A stretch of 64,000 nucleotides of DNA from Nemertoderma westbladi (taxonomy: Eukaryota; Animalia; Xenacoelomorpha), in NCBI GenBank assembly GCA_032718475.1, contig JAUCBJ010009039.1:33885-97884 (forward strand). Direction: 5' to 3'. Both the position numbers and the translations under genes were made by a program. The notes beneath the pieces were generated by a model. It was not told the DNA's origin, did no database searches, and was given only the letters and a program-made list of their open reading frames with translations. Of the stretch, positions 12,427 to 25,935 are shown in pieces. Position 1 is the stretch's first letter; each line of letters begins with the position of its first letter.

Positions 12427-15400
12427 GGTCTGGCTGCAACCGGAGAGCCAAAGGCTCGACAGAGAATTATGAGGCATAGATACTGCAGCCTATTTAACGG
12501 AACATAGAACCCACCATCAACACCAACTTCAAACCTCATAATTTATACAGTCTAGAGACCTACCTATCAAGTAGGCACTTTGCTTTGATCTTTTTTAGGT
12601 CGATTTTTAAAGGATTTTTCCAGGAGAACGGCGAAAGCTAGAACGATTCTGTTTGCGCGATCTGGTAGATGGCCCTAGCGCGATAGCTAGGAGTTTTTGT
12701 GGAAAAAATCTGTTAATTAATTAATTAGTAATTAGCGATTAAAGATTTCTAATTGATTTATCTCGAAAAGTATTTGGTTTTTCCCCTAGCAACGGTGTTT
12801 TTTTTTGTTCATCTCGGTAAGATCTAAAAAAAGTTCAGTCATCGCTATGGCCCTCCTATTACTGTTAATTAGTACTAATTAGCCGAAAACTAATTAGCGT
12901 CGTAACTCGAAAACACTAAGAGCTATGAAAAAACGTAACATCACAAAGTTGTTCGGAATTTTATTCTACACAAAAAAGTCTCTGGCGCCGATGCCGTATC
13001 TCCTACCGTTAATTAGTAATTAACTAATTACTTAATTACCTAATTGGCGGGGGGGCTTTGCCCCCCCGTCCCCCAAATCCTTATTCACAAGGTGTATCAA
13101 AGCGGTTTACTATTTTACAAATGATAATTACTCTAAAATCTTTTGAATCGAACTAATTAACGATTTTACTAATTAGTAAAGTTCCCCAAATTAATTAATA
13201 ATTTATCCACTCCAGCTGCAATTAATTAAACAGCTGAGTCGTCAGCCTGGTTTGATGAACTTGATGAAATCATAAAGTCAGTAGTTGCTGTATGCCATTA
13301 CTGACTAAAACTATATACCAAGCACCTCTTGCCGGTAGCTATCTCCACAGTCTGTAGTGAGCACCGGTGCAGGTATGGTAGGCCTACATGTATGGCATAT
13401 TTAGTGGAGGTTCTTTTGGCAGATAGGCCTAGTCAAAACGTTACATCAGATGCCGTATTTTAGTCAAAACGTACCCTATCTTCATATAGTTGAGTATTGT
13501 CAATACAGGAATATCCAAGTACTGGGTACTCCTGTACTTAGTATACCCATCTGCCCATGTACAGTAACTGGCTGATAGTTACCCTTAGTTTGTAGGCTAT
13601 AGATGATTGACGTTTCTAGCAATGTTCTTAACGTTGGGATTTTACTGGAAGTTATTAATACCATAGTTTACCCCAAAAAAACTAAAATTACCCAAATCGC
13701 ACCAAATCAAAATAAATCTTATAACAGCAACACGGGCTATCTGACGATATGGATTAGATCAATGTAGCGGATAGTGACCATTGAAGGGCTTCTTATGCAT
13801 GCAAAGGAAAATATGATCAGACCCAAATCACACAGTCAGACCTGATCTTTTGCTGATCAAATACCGGTAGGTGACTTTGCTGATATGCAGTAACATTTTA
13901 CAGTACAATTTGATGCGAAAATGTTTTGGCCAGTACTCTGAACCTTCCATTGGGGTCTCAGGTCACGCGCGTACCGTGGTCACTGTATCTGGCACCTGAT
14001 TGGCTCAAATATTCAAACGCTGAAAACTTACCTAGGCCTTGACAATTAGTGATAAGATTTTATGCGAATATGTTTTGGATGGTGTTCTGAATCTCGCGTT
14101 GAGGTCCCAAGTCACCCCCATACCGTGGTCATCAGATACGGCGCCTGATTGGCTAATGATTTGAACGACGATAACTCGAGTTTGCTTCACTTTGGGATGA
14201 AGTTTGAAAGCTAATAATATTCTCTGGAGTATGCCCTAACTCACTGACGATGTTTTATAGCTGTTGGATTGTCGGGTTTTGCTACGTGGTCTATGATTGG
14301 TTAATTTTTTGAAAGGCTATATCTCAAGAAGTATTCACTTTGGAATGATGAAGTTTATTTTAAATGTTCTCTAGAGTGTTTCCGATCCTACTAAAGACAT
14401 CCAATTGCTGTATGACTACCAGTTTCACGCTTTTGATTGTTTGAATATGCATGAAAATTTTGCATATAATATATCAAGAAGAATTAATTTTTGCACAAAG
14501 GAAATAATACTTACAATGCTCTCTGACATGTCTGGTGTATTTTAAAATCACTGGGGTTGAACAATTGTAATTGGAATACACCTTCATGGGTTTTCTTTAT
14601 GATTTTAGAGCTTTAAAAGTTCAATATTAAATTTTTTATTAGATAATTATTTTTGTGTTATTTGTTAATATGAGTATATTTCTGTATTTGCTGGTATTAT
14701 ATTTTGGGTGTTTTTTTTGTTATTAGTTTTGGTATTAATTATTTTTTATTAATCCAGGGAATATCCCTATTAACTCTGGGTCCTCACTCGTTAATTCAGG
14801 GACCACCCCGATAGCTCTGGGTCCACCCTCGTCTCGTTAATTCAGAACCACCTTTGTCAATTCAACAAATTTGAATAATTTTTTTTATTAGGTTTTCCAA
14901 GGTGCTGAATTAATTGATTGAAGATGGTTTTAAATGGCCTGCTTTTATTGTAATTCCATTTCGTGTGATGTGTTTCGTGCCACAAATTTTTGAAGTATAA
15001 ATAATAATTTAATAATATGGTAGGCCTACATGTAGGGCAGATATAGTGGAGGTTCTTTTGGCAGATAGGCCTAGTCAAAACGTTACATCAGATGCAGAAT
15101 TTTAGTCAAAACGTACCCTATCTTCATATATGGTAGTTGAATATTGTGAATACAGGAATACCCAAGTACTTCTGTAGGCCTACTAATGTACATGCACAAG
15201 TAATATAAATTGGGGGGGTCTATGCGCCTGTCGATTCATACGAATCGACAGGCGCAACAAAAGTATTTGGAATATTATGCCCATGTATACTTATATATGT
15301 AAGCCTTCAAGTATAAACAAAACTGACCTTAACAAAATCAAGGTAGGCATTTGTTATTTTCTATCAGCAATATGGGCTTTAACTTTTAACTTTACATGGG

Positions 15401-15498
15401 ATTAATAATACTGTAATATTCTAGAACAATACCACATGGCCAACGCCGTCGGCCATGCGCTCGCACGGCGCAAATGCTCCATTTGCGCTCTCCACCTG
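12427..15498. mobile_element. Composite non-coding insertion in the LINE, possibly including a Helentron-like element
   Basis: GAT duplicated at 12424-12426 and 15499-15501; internal ~150-bp direct repeat (~13375 and ~15017); perfect 15-bp hairpin at ~15222-15256. Confidence 0.65.
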
Positions 15499-16356
15499 GA
15501 TTTATGCTTAGATTAATTAGGTAGGCTAAATGAGTTGCTATAATAGGTGCGGCTAATTTAACAAGGTGTACAGGGAAATCGTCATTGGATGAAGCACTGT
15601 CGCGTAAAGTAAGTAAATTGTAGTGTACCTCTACAGCGGAAGTTTCTGTGAGTACAAGAGAGTTAGATTTAGAATGTTGAATATGTCGAGTCGGGCTGCG
15701 TGATGTGGTTGGCAGTTTAGAAGCTAATTTTGGTCCTATGGTAGAAAAGAAATCGTTAAAGTGGTTAGCTATATCAGATGAGGAAGTCACACTATAATTA
15801 GAACCGTTGTTAGATATATTTAAACGTTTTGGAACAGAAGATTTACTAGATCGGTTAAGTAGATTATTAATAGTTTTCCAGGTTTTGCGCATATTATTTG
15901 AATTATTTGTAAACTCCGAAGTATAATATTGTTTCTCGGCAGACCTAAGTAGACTAGTTAGCTTGTTACGGTATAATTTAAAGATGTTGTGATTTTCAGT
16001 GGTTGGGTGTTTGACGGACTTTGCGTAAAGTAAGTTCTTTTTGCGGATCGCCAATAGTAAACCATTGGATAACCACGGTTTTTTAGAGACTGACTTTTTA
16101 TTAAGTGCCTTGCGTGGTAGATTTGTGGTACAAGTAGCCGTAAATTCTGAGTAGAAGTTATCGAATTTGTCTTTATCAGAAACTGGTACAGTCGAAGTTT
16201 TGTAAGTCCACTGCTTATTGTACAGGTCTTTCAGAAATTTGGTTTTATCGAATTGGCTATAGTCATACACATATTTGGTCTCCGGAGGTCGGAAAAAAGT
16301 AGAATAGTTAGAAAGAACGAGAAAAGTTGCTAGATGATCGGATGTGCCAGTTTCAG

Positions 16357-17412
16357 TTAGGAAGACACCCGGGGAGCAAATAGATGAATGGATATTACAG
16401 TAGTAATAACGTGGTCAATGAGGGTCTTGGAGTGAGTAGTTATACGGGTTGGTTGCTGTATTGTTTGGGTAAAACCGTTAGATGAAATTATATTTAGATA
16501 GTCTCGGGCATTGGGTTTGGTTGACTTTATGAGGTCTATATTTATATCACCGGTAATAATTACATCATGTTTAGTAGCTGCCAGTTTTGTTAAGGAGTCA
16601 TTTAGTTTAGTAGCAAATGAGTCGTAAGATATTTCGTCGGGGCGATAGATACAACCTATAATTAGTGGTCTACTCGGATGTGGACGAGAAATTTCTACCC
16701 AGGAGTTTTCCGGACCAGGAAAGTGTAGATCAGGACGTTCGACCATCTCCAGTTCACTCCGGACATAGATCGCTGTGCCTCCCCTGGTCAGCTTACCATA
16801 CTCCCGGAAGTCACATACAGGGTTCTTATAACCATCAATGCATATGTTGTTAATGGGGTGGTCCTTAGTGAGGAAAGTTTCGGAAAATGACAAAATATCG
16901 AATTTGTTATTGAGCGTTGATAAGAAATCTGTAACTGCCGTAAAATTTGAATTTAGACTCCTGCAATTTAAATGAAAGACAGAGAAAGATGGGTTGGTAG
17001 TCTCACTAGTGAAAGTGTTGTTAAATTTTGCTTCATTGTAATAGTTGCCAATAATTAAGTTTGAATTAACATTATCATCGGGATTAATAGAACTAAATAT
17101 GTTGCCAGTAGCTTTATAATCAGAATCTGAAATGTCCTCGCTATTTTCAGAACAGAATATATCAAGGTCATCATTAGATACAGGGTAAAAAGGAAATATA
17201 CCTGCGTAACAAAAATTACAAAAATGTATTAGATTGTTCCCAGAGTTATTTGAAAAATCCTGGGCATCTAAGAATGAACCACATTGTCGATGGTAGTGCG
17301 TATTGCATAAGTTACAGAGGAATACTAGATCAAAATGATAAAATTTAGAAAAACAGAAACCACAATTACAGTCAACACGGTCAGGGGGTGGGTTGTATCG
17401 CTGGCCGGACAT
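16357..17412 (-). pseudogene. LINE ORF2 N-terminus: PHD finger plus APE endonuclease
   Basis: CNCGFC...CNLCNTHYHRQC...CNFC followed by exo/endo/phosphatase motifs. Confidence 0.88.
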
Positions 17413-18044
17413 GCAATTTGTACAGGGACTTGCCTAGACTAGGAGGACTTCTGCCTGACAAACTAACCCAACACGGGTGCTTAGATCGTGGCTTTTCCAG
17501 TTAACATTATTCCATTTTGTATAAAACAAGTGATGTGGTTGTAGAAACCTGCTAGGGACTGCTACTAAGCAGAAACCAATCACGTTAATCCTGTTTAACA
17601 CAGAGAGTCAATGAGAATGGAATATTGCTAACATGAAAAAGTTCAGGTTGACATTATTCCAAAGTAATCAGATATTACAGCAATTAAGCTGCTACCTGCT
17701 AGTGTTAGTCAGTTAGTAATCGAGTAAGCCATATAATATTATATGGTCTGATGGTACAATACCAGGCATAATATATGCATAGATGCAAGAAAAAAAAACG
17801 TATGTACTGTAGTTTAAGTGGATTAGTTTAATTACAATGATGTAAACTGTAAATGAAATATTTATAGTTAAGTCCGGTTTAGTAATAAACATACTGTACT
17901 TATACAATATCTCATTGAAGTACTTGCCACGTAGTAATATTCAATGTGGGCAAAATGCAGGTCTCACATATCAGTTCATCACCCCGAATCTCGTGTTGCG
18001 TTTTATTCACACAACTTTTATGATACCAACCACTTCGTGCAAAC

Positions 18045-18252
18045 GGGGTGTATGTACGCCGTACGTGCAGCCAACGCCGACAACCATTATTAAAGCTAAT
18101 TAATGTTATTTATTAATTGAGGGAAAGGAACAGGTTACAGTGGAAGGTTAGTCTAACCAAAAACTATAAACGAGAGTTACGAACTCAGGTTACATTTTCA
18201 TATTTGCTGTTGTCGGCAGTGGTTGCCGGTTGTCGGCGTAGTGTTTACACCC
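18045..18252. mobile_element. ~208-bp MITE with 8-9-bp TSD
   Basis: (c)gtgcaaac at 18036-18044 and 18252-18260; ends ggggtgta/tacaccc; inner inverted acgccgacaacc/ggttgtcggcgt. Confidence 0.8.
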
Positions 18253-18505
18253 GTGCAAACGCTACATACTATCCATTCAATTGGTCCAAGGTCTGTCTGT
18301 AGCATTCCCGAAACGCGAGTAGCAAAAAGAACAATGCTGGCAGGCTGGACAACGTGGAAATGGTTTAGTTTCGCTGTTGGTTCTCCTTTTATCAATTTTT
18401 TGTTTGTGTCTCGATAACACAGAGGTTGTTGTGTACTTATTATCGCATAAATTACACTCCACTACTTTTTTAATCGTCTCATTACTGTTCCCATGCTGCC
18501 ATGCA

Positions 18506-19398
18506 CAGTGGCGGATCTAGGAATTTATGAAGGGGGGGGGGGGGGCCACATTTTATAAATACCGTACACATAATCCTCTTATAGCCAGCATAATCTAAAC
18601 CCCCCCCCCCCCCCCCCCCCCCCAGAAAAAAAAATCTAAATATAATGCAATTAAAAGGAAAAACATAAACCCCACCGGCACTGCCATCACAAAGATATTT
18701 TCAATAAAAATAATAGAAGTCTATTTTTTTATTCTATCTCATTCAATTTATAATCACTATAGGGGATATTTATTTTATAATAAGTATAAAGGATATTACA
18801 AATCTTACTGGTAAACACACCTAAGTAAAATATTACAAATCTTACTGGTAAACAAAAAAGCTACTTAATCATCTTATATTACATTGGTATATTGAACACT
18901 GTCAGTGTCAGACTGTTTGAACACAGGTGGAGTCAAAGTGTACGTACACTGTACCCACAGTGCTGAATAGCAGCGACAGTGAGGCACCGCACCCTCCTGG
19001 TAGGTCAATTAGGCTCCCCTTCCTTCCCTTATGTTCAAGTTACAAGGCCATATTTAAAGACTACTTTATGGTAGAGATGGGGGGGGGGGGGGGGGGGGCA
19101 TTATTGGTGATGTGGCTGAGCGATACAACATTTAGATGGAGTCTTTAGTCTTTATTACCTTTCCTTGGCCACCCATATGCCTGTGCTGGGATAATATGAA
19201 TTATTCTATCTGGTCCGGCTGCTAATGTAACTAAAAACATACAGACTTATTTCAGTATTTTGCTTTGCTGGAAAGGCAAAGTAGACTAAATTCTAAATTA
19301 ATCTGATATCATTTAATGAAATTAAATTACGGCCCTGTCAACATTTTTTCAAAGGGGGGGCCATGGCCCAATGGCCCCCCCCCCTAAATCCGCCACTG
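18506..19398. mobile_element. hAT-type non-autonomous element (893 bp)
   Basis: 8-bp TSD gccatgca (18498-18505, 19399-19406); TIR cagtggcggat/atccgccactg. Confidence 0.9.
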
Positions 19399-20873
19399 GC
19401 CATGCAACTACTGTACCATGAGAAAGAATAAGGCCCCTTTAAGGCTTAAAGTATTGAATTAACAAAACCTGATATCTATCTTAATAATTAGCTTTGCTGT
19501 ACCTACTGTCAGACTGTTCTTCTGCCTGACGCCTGAATGCTTCGGTATAACTTGTATAATGAAACAGACAAGGCCAGTCTCAAGGGTAGGTGTAAGCGTA
19601 GGGCTTAATAGAATAGTGTATACAGATACTGAGATATGGAATAATGTTAACCTGAACTTTTTCATGTTAGCAATATTACATTCTCATTGACTCAGTGTTA
19701 AACGGGATTAACGCGGATTTCTAAGTGTTTTCCCACCAGACAAGTGTTTTAGGCACATGCGTTTTTTAGCATTTCAGTGACTCCCAAACCGGAAATTCCC
19801 CGGCAGTTTGGTGTGTTATGACAATGCAGTACATCAGCTTGGAGTCAGGCAGAAACTGGTGCAGTGATGATGTACAGTAATCTATCCATCTTGCGATGCT
19901 ATGACGACGGCACCGACGAATCTCTGCGCTTGCCTTCCAGCGTTAGCATAGCTCATTCTTTTTAGCACAAGTCGAAATGATGCGTCGAACGTGTTCGGCG
20001 AATTTATATAACTTTCAAAAGGGGACCCCCTTCTTACTACAACTTCACAACGCATTCAGATCAGAATCATTCAAAAGTCCAATGTCAACCCAGCCCAAGA
20101 ACATGTTGTAGTACCAAACCACCGCAGTCCTCCTACCTCTGACAGTCTGACAACGTACAGTATTCCAGTAATGATGCTTAACTTGCCATTCACTAACTAT
20201 AATTAGTTAATGGTGTTAAATTAAATTAATATCTAAAAATTAGTGCCTAGAAGTAAAAATTTTACTGTAAACTGTGTTCCTAAATTAGTTTATTGTTTAG
20301 GTTAGAAAAATGCCATGCCATTAGAACCTGCTACTTCCTTTAAAAGGTACCTTAAACTGTTAAATGGTGAATATCGAAATTAAATATTCGCGAAATTAAG
20401 TTAATATGTTAAAATAGTATGAAACGGCACCCCAATTGGTAATATGCTTATATAGGGTTACATGATAGTTTTGATTTAAATAGGATTGAGGCTTAGCGAC
20501 CTTTAATAAAGGTCGCTATTGGTTGAGGTCGCCACTACCGGTACTGCAGTAGGCCTACTGTTGTAACAAGCGAATTTCATACATCAGTCTGGCACTGGCA
20601 GTACAGCAGTACAGTATCAAGTATGCTGTATAAAAATCCCTGACTGGCTGACTGGAAGTGGGTGGAGGGCCCTCGCAGCCCTGAAACCTATTATTACCAA
20701 TTGTACTGCTGTAATAGGCTTCCCGGTACCGTACCGTAAACGAAACTGTATTTCCATTTCGTAATTTAAGGCTAAGGGAAAGGCTGAAAGGAGCAGGTTA
20801 CACTGGTTACATTCAGACACTTCGGCACTTACTGAGGGTGCAGACTGTGGACTGTGGTTTCCCAGTGGTGAAT

Positions 20874-21596
20874 ATGTCGTACATGCTCGGAGCCGGACGC
20901 AGATTACCTGATTTCTCAATCACCTACCTAGCTCCAGATTATATTAGGTGCAAAGTCAAACATTCACATAATGTATTAATTACGGGGGATTCTCATATTA
21001 CAACTTTGGTTAATGAATATATGGAAAATTCTGACACTGCGAAAAAGCATTATCACAAGGACAGAGATACCTACATAGAAGACCTTGGTATATTACCAAC
21101 TGGAAGCATTACCTATCATCTAACGAAGTCAAAAGATATTTACAAACCAACTTACGAGGATTTCCATGAAGTTATTGATACATTTAGCAAAGCGCTTACC
21201 AAACCATGTGTTACTTTTATATCTCTTGGTGGAAACGATCTATGTAGACATTCATTTCAAGATACGAAATATGGCCTTAAAAGTGTGATTACTGACTTTT
21301 ATCATTCAACAGGATCTAAAATTATATTGATCGAAGCATTTCCGAGGGTAAATAATTGTCCCTCCGACTATTCCGCCAATAGGATCGCTTTGAACATGTT
21401 TATGAGGAGGTGGTTAGTAGAATCGCACCTTGGTTCAATCCTCAGTGTCAAGGGATTGTCGTTGTCCTCATCAGAGGAAAAATCCAAGTTACCGGTACTG
21501 AAAGAGGATGGAGTGAACCTGAATGCGAGAGGACAAAAAAGGTTATACCACGCGATTAGAAAATCAACACAGGTTGCTCTAAATCAATTAATTTAA
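20874..21596 (+). CDS. Intronless SGNH/GDSL hydrolase-like ORF, probably TE-associated
   Basis: Block I ITGDSH, block III LGGNDL, block V EDGVNLN (Asn at the usual His). Confidence 0.75.
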   Translation: MSYMLGAGRRLPDFSITYLAPDYIRCKVKHSHNVLITGDSHITTLVNEYMENSDTAKKHYHKDRDTYIEDLGILPTGSITYHLTKSKDIYKPTYEDFHEVIDTFSKALTKPCVTFISLGGNDLCRHSFQDTKYGLKSVITDFYHSTGSKIILIEAFPRVNNCPSDYSANRIALNMFMRRWLVESHLGSILSVKGLSLSSSEEKSKLPVLKEDGVNLNARGQKRLYHAIRKSTQVALNQLI

Positions 21597-21825
21597 TCAA
21601 ATTGCGTTGGAGACATTGGTGAGTTCCGATCGTCGAGCCACGAGGAGAAGATAGAAGTGGTTTAAAGGAAACTCAACTTTTAGTGGCGAAAGTCGGGGTT
21701 TTCCGGGGCTACTAACTAGCAGTGAATCTCGACGAAAGATAAACCCGCAGTGACGAGGGAACTCCGTCGTCGGCGAGTAAACGACAGCGTCCAGTCGATG
21801 GGCTCCGCGGATAAACTCCGACGAA

Positions 21826-24188
21826 ACAGATCCCGAACCTTATAAACTAACAGAGATCCCGAACCTTATAAACTAACAGAGACCCCGAACCTTATAAACT
21901 AACAGAGATCCCGAACCTTATAAACTAATAGAGATCCCGAACCTTATAAACTAACAGAGACCCCGAACCTTATAAACTAACAGAGACCCCGAACCTTATA
22001 AACTAATAGAGATCCCGAACCTTATAAACTAACAGAGATCCCGAACCTTATAAACTAACAGAGATCCCGAACCTTATAAACTAACAGACATCCCGAACCT
22101 TATAAACTAACAGAGACCCCGAACCTTATAAACTAACAGAGACCCCGAACCTTATAAACTAACAGAGATCCCGATCCTTATAAACTAACAGAGATCCCGA
22201 ACCTTATAAACTAATAGAGATCCCGAACCTTATAAACTAACAGAGACCCCGAACCTTATAAACTAACAGAGATCCCGAACCTTATAAACTAACAGAGACC
22301 CCGAACCTTATAAACTAACAGAGATCCCGAACCTTATAAACTAACAGAGATCCCGAACCTTATAAACTAACAGAGATCCCGAACCTTATAAACTAACAGA
22401 GATCCCGAACCTTATAAACTAATAGAGATCCCGAACCTTATAAACTAACAGAGATCCCGAACCTTATAAACTAACAGAGATCCCGAACCTTATAAACTAA
22501 CAGAGATCCCGAACCTTATAAACTAATAGAGATCCCGAACCTTATAAACTAACAGAGACCCCGAACCTTATAAACTAACAGAGATCCCGAACCTTATAAA
22601 CTAACAGAGATCCCGAACCTTATAAACTAACAGAGACCCCGAACCTTATAAACTAACAGAGACCCCGAACCTTATAAACTAACAGAGACCCCGAACCTTA
22701 TAAACTAACAGAGATCCCGAACCTTATAAACTAACAGAGATCCCGAACCTTATAAACTAATAGAGATCCCGAACCTTATAAACTAACAGAGATCCCGAAC
22801 CTTATAAACTAACAGAGACCCCGAACCTTATAAACTAACAGAGATCCCGAACCTTATAAACTAACAGAGATCCCGAACCTTATAAACTAACAGAGACCCC
22901 GAACCTTATAAACTAATAGAGATCCCGAACCTTATAAACTAACAGAGATCCCGAACCTTATAAACTAACAGAGATCCCGAACCTTATAAACTAACAGAGA
23001 TCCCGAACCTTATAAACTAACAGAGATCCCGAACCTTATAAACTAATAGAGATCCCGAACCTTATAAACTAACAGAGATCCCGAACCTTATAAACTAACA
23101 GAGATCCCGAACCTTATAAACTAACAGAGACCCCGAACCTTATAAACTAACAGAGATCCCGAACCTTATAAACTAACAGAGACCCCGAACCTTATAAACT
23201 AACAGAGATCCCGAACCTTATAAACTAACAGAGATCCCGAACCTTATAAACTAACAGAGATCCCGAACCTTATAAACTAACAGAGATCCCGAACCTTATA
23301 AACTAATAGAGATCCCGAACCTTATAAACTAACAGAGATCCCGAACCTTATAAACTAACAGAGATCCCGAACCTTATAAACTAACAGAGATCCCGAACCT
23401 TATAAACTAACAGAGACCCCGAACCTTATAAACTAACAGAGACCCCGAACCTTATAAACTAACAGAGACCCCGAACCTTATAAACTAACAGAGATCCCGA
23501 ACCTTATAAACTAACAGAGATCCCGAACCTTATAAACTAACAGAGACCCCGAACCTTATAAACTAATAGAGATCCCGAACCTTATAAACTAACAGAGATC
23601 CCGAACCTTATAAACTAACAGAGATCCCGAACCTTATAAACTAACAGAGATCCCGAACCGTATAAACTAACAGAGATCCCGAACCTTATAAACTAATAGA
23701 GATCCCGAACCTTATAAACTAACAGAGATCCCGAACCTTATAAACTAACAGAGATCCCGAACCTTATAAACTAACAGAGACCCCGAACCTTATAAACTAA
23801 CAGAGATCCCGAACCTTATAAACTAACAGAGACCCCGAACCTTATAAACTAACAGAGATCCCGAACCTTATAAACTAACAGAGATCCCGAACCTTATAAA
23901 CTAACAGAGATCCCGAACCTTATAAACTAACAGAGACCCCGAACCTTATAAACTAACAGAGACCCCGAACCTTATAAACTTACAGAGATCCCGAACCTTA
24001 TAAACTAACAGAGATCCCGAACCTTATAAACTAACAGAGACCCCGAACCTTATAAACTAACAGAGATCCCGAACCTTATAAACTAACAGAGACCCCGAAC
24101 CTTATAAACTAACAGAGACCCCGAACCTTATAAACTAACAGAGACCCCGAACCTTATAAACTAACAGAGATCCCGAACCTTATAAACA
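21826..24188. repeat. Minisatellite, 26-bp unit (cagagaYcccgaaccttataaactaa), ~90 near-identical copies
   Basis: Directly visible; no unique spacers. Confidence 0.98.
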
Positions 24189-25530
24189 ATTAGTTCTGAC
24201 GACGATAAGGTGAGGGTCTCCGGTGAATCAGGAGAAAAAAGAAACCCGTCCTTTGACTCTGGAAGGCCTGATAGTAATAATAATATGTCCCCTTTGTTCG
24301 GTGGATTATGATTAAGTACTACTGTAATTGAGTTTACGTTCATTTATTTCAATTAAAATATTAACTTTCTTCCTTCGAAAACATCGGCCATTTTTAACTA
24401 TCTTAACCGCAGAAATTGAAAAATAAAACCCCATCGAATTTGGACCAAGCGTTACGGAGTTATATAAAAAAAATTTACTCCCCCTGTCGCCAAAAAATAA
24501 GGCAAACTAAAAATTGTGAAAAAAAAATGTTTTGCGTTATTTTTGATAGGGAATTGATTGGCAGTATACTAGCTTCGAAAATGTTTTTTTAATTTTTGGT
24601 CATCACATAAGCCAATTTTTATTGTGAACAGCTGTCAATGAATAGAGTCGATCTTACCTCAAGCCAATTTCACTTACTAATTTAGTATCAAATGAATATA
24701 TTTCTTTCAATGATTCTACTTTTGGTTATATCACAAACATTAATAATAAAATAAACATTGCAGTCGCGAGTGGAGTTGAGGTTGATTCAAACAAAGTTAT
24801 TGTTTCCACGAGAGATTCACTTTTACGCACAAGGAATGAACTGCTTAAAATTTCATGGCTCGATTCATCTAACGAAGACCCTGCATGCATCTCTCACGAA
24901 GAGGTTGACTATGAAGAAATAATTTCAGAACGAATAAAGATTTATACTGCCTATAACTGTGACACATTAGAAATTTCCGATCGACGCGATGCCTATGCAT
25001 TCTCTATTGATGATACAGATTGCGCGCGGGAAGCACTTTCCAAACTACAATCACTAACTAATGAGAATGATTACTTACCAAAGCAACTAACACTTCCTAG
25101 TCACCAGTGTCTATGAAAGGAGAGCCACCACAAAGTCAGAAAAGTTGGTTATTAATTGTCGAGATCCTATTATGTGGAACTCTCGTACAGTATTTGCACG
25201 AGCAGGACGATGCTGATGAAATTTATTTGTTTGTTTGACTTCCTTTTATATTAGTATTAGGACTATTTATCCACAATAATTATTACTATTAGGTCTATTT
25301 ATTCATGAAATTTCTATAATATATTTCAGAAGATTACTCGACTAAGAAATATTTTTTAAAACTTTAAATAAGGGTTAAGTTATATTGTAAAGTTAAGTAA
25401 AGTCGAAGAAGAATTGTAAATAATTAATATAAAATAAAATAATAAATAAAATGTAAAGAATTGTAAAGTCGATATTTATGATATTATCGACCATGAAAGT
25501 GAAATTTGTATAGAAACTCGTCAAGGACTC

Positions 25531-25935
25531 GTGTATATAGCTGGGTATATATCCAAGAAAATGCCGCAATTACATTATTATCTCAGAGATATCGATAGTT
25601 GCGAAGAATTTAAGGAATATGGTCAATTGATACGTCACGTTGATCGTGGTGGTTTAATAGAGCCTACAGACTGTTTGGTGTATCTGACTATATATTGTTA
25701 TTTGTCATTTATAATCCAGCAAGACATCAACCCATTGTGTAAAATTGCTTACAAGAGATACTTCGATGAGGTGAATCATTGGTCAAACCTGATCCCTTAT
25801 CATTGTATTAACCACTGCTCCATCATTCTGGCGAATATTTTTCTCAACAACTGCAGTCAGAAGCGTTCAGCTGATATAGCCAGTAAAGAGCACCTGCTTA
25901 AGGTCGCTAAACAATCAACATCAAATACTGTATAA
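25531..25935 (+). pseudogene. THAP9/P-element-like transposase C-terminal remnant
   Basis: YIAGYI...DRGGLIEP...C...NIFLNN pattern resembles the C-terminus of P-element-family transposases. Confidence 0.6.

Larger units (their letters stand above)
10643..17450 (-). mobile_element. L2/CR1-group LINE, near-complete ORF2 (PHD-endonuclease-RT), frameshifted and split by a 3-kb insertion
   Basis: 16357-17412 PHD-like Cys/His pattern plus APE motifs (NCRSL, SET, GDIN, TLIDH); linker 15499-16270; 11045-12426 RT (QFGFR, DLKKAFD, PQGSVLGP, LFADD); AATAAA and (aactc)n-type tail at 10643-10675. Confidence 0.92.
17578..19717. mobile_element. TIR element (~85-bp arms) with degenerate C2H2 and PHD coding remnants and two nested MITEs
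   Basis: ~17578-17662 is inverted at ~19637-19717; minus strand encodes MECNLCDNKY...RH and EWIVCSVCT/WYHKSCV...CETC. Confidence 0.75.

Noticed and set aside
21826-24188. CRISPR-like array next to an ORF
   Set aside because: Units are contiguous with no unique spacers, there are no cas genes, and the context is eukaryotic
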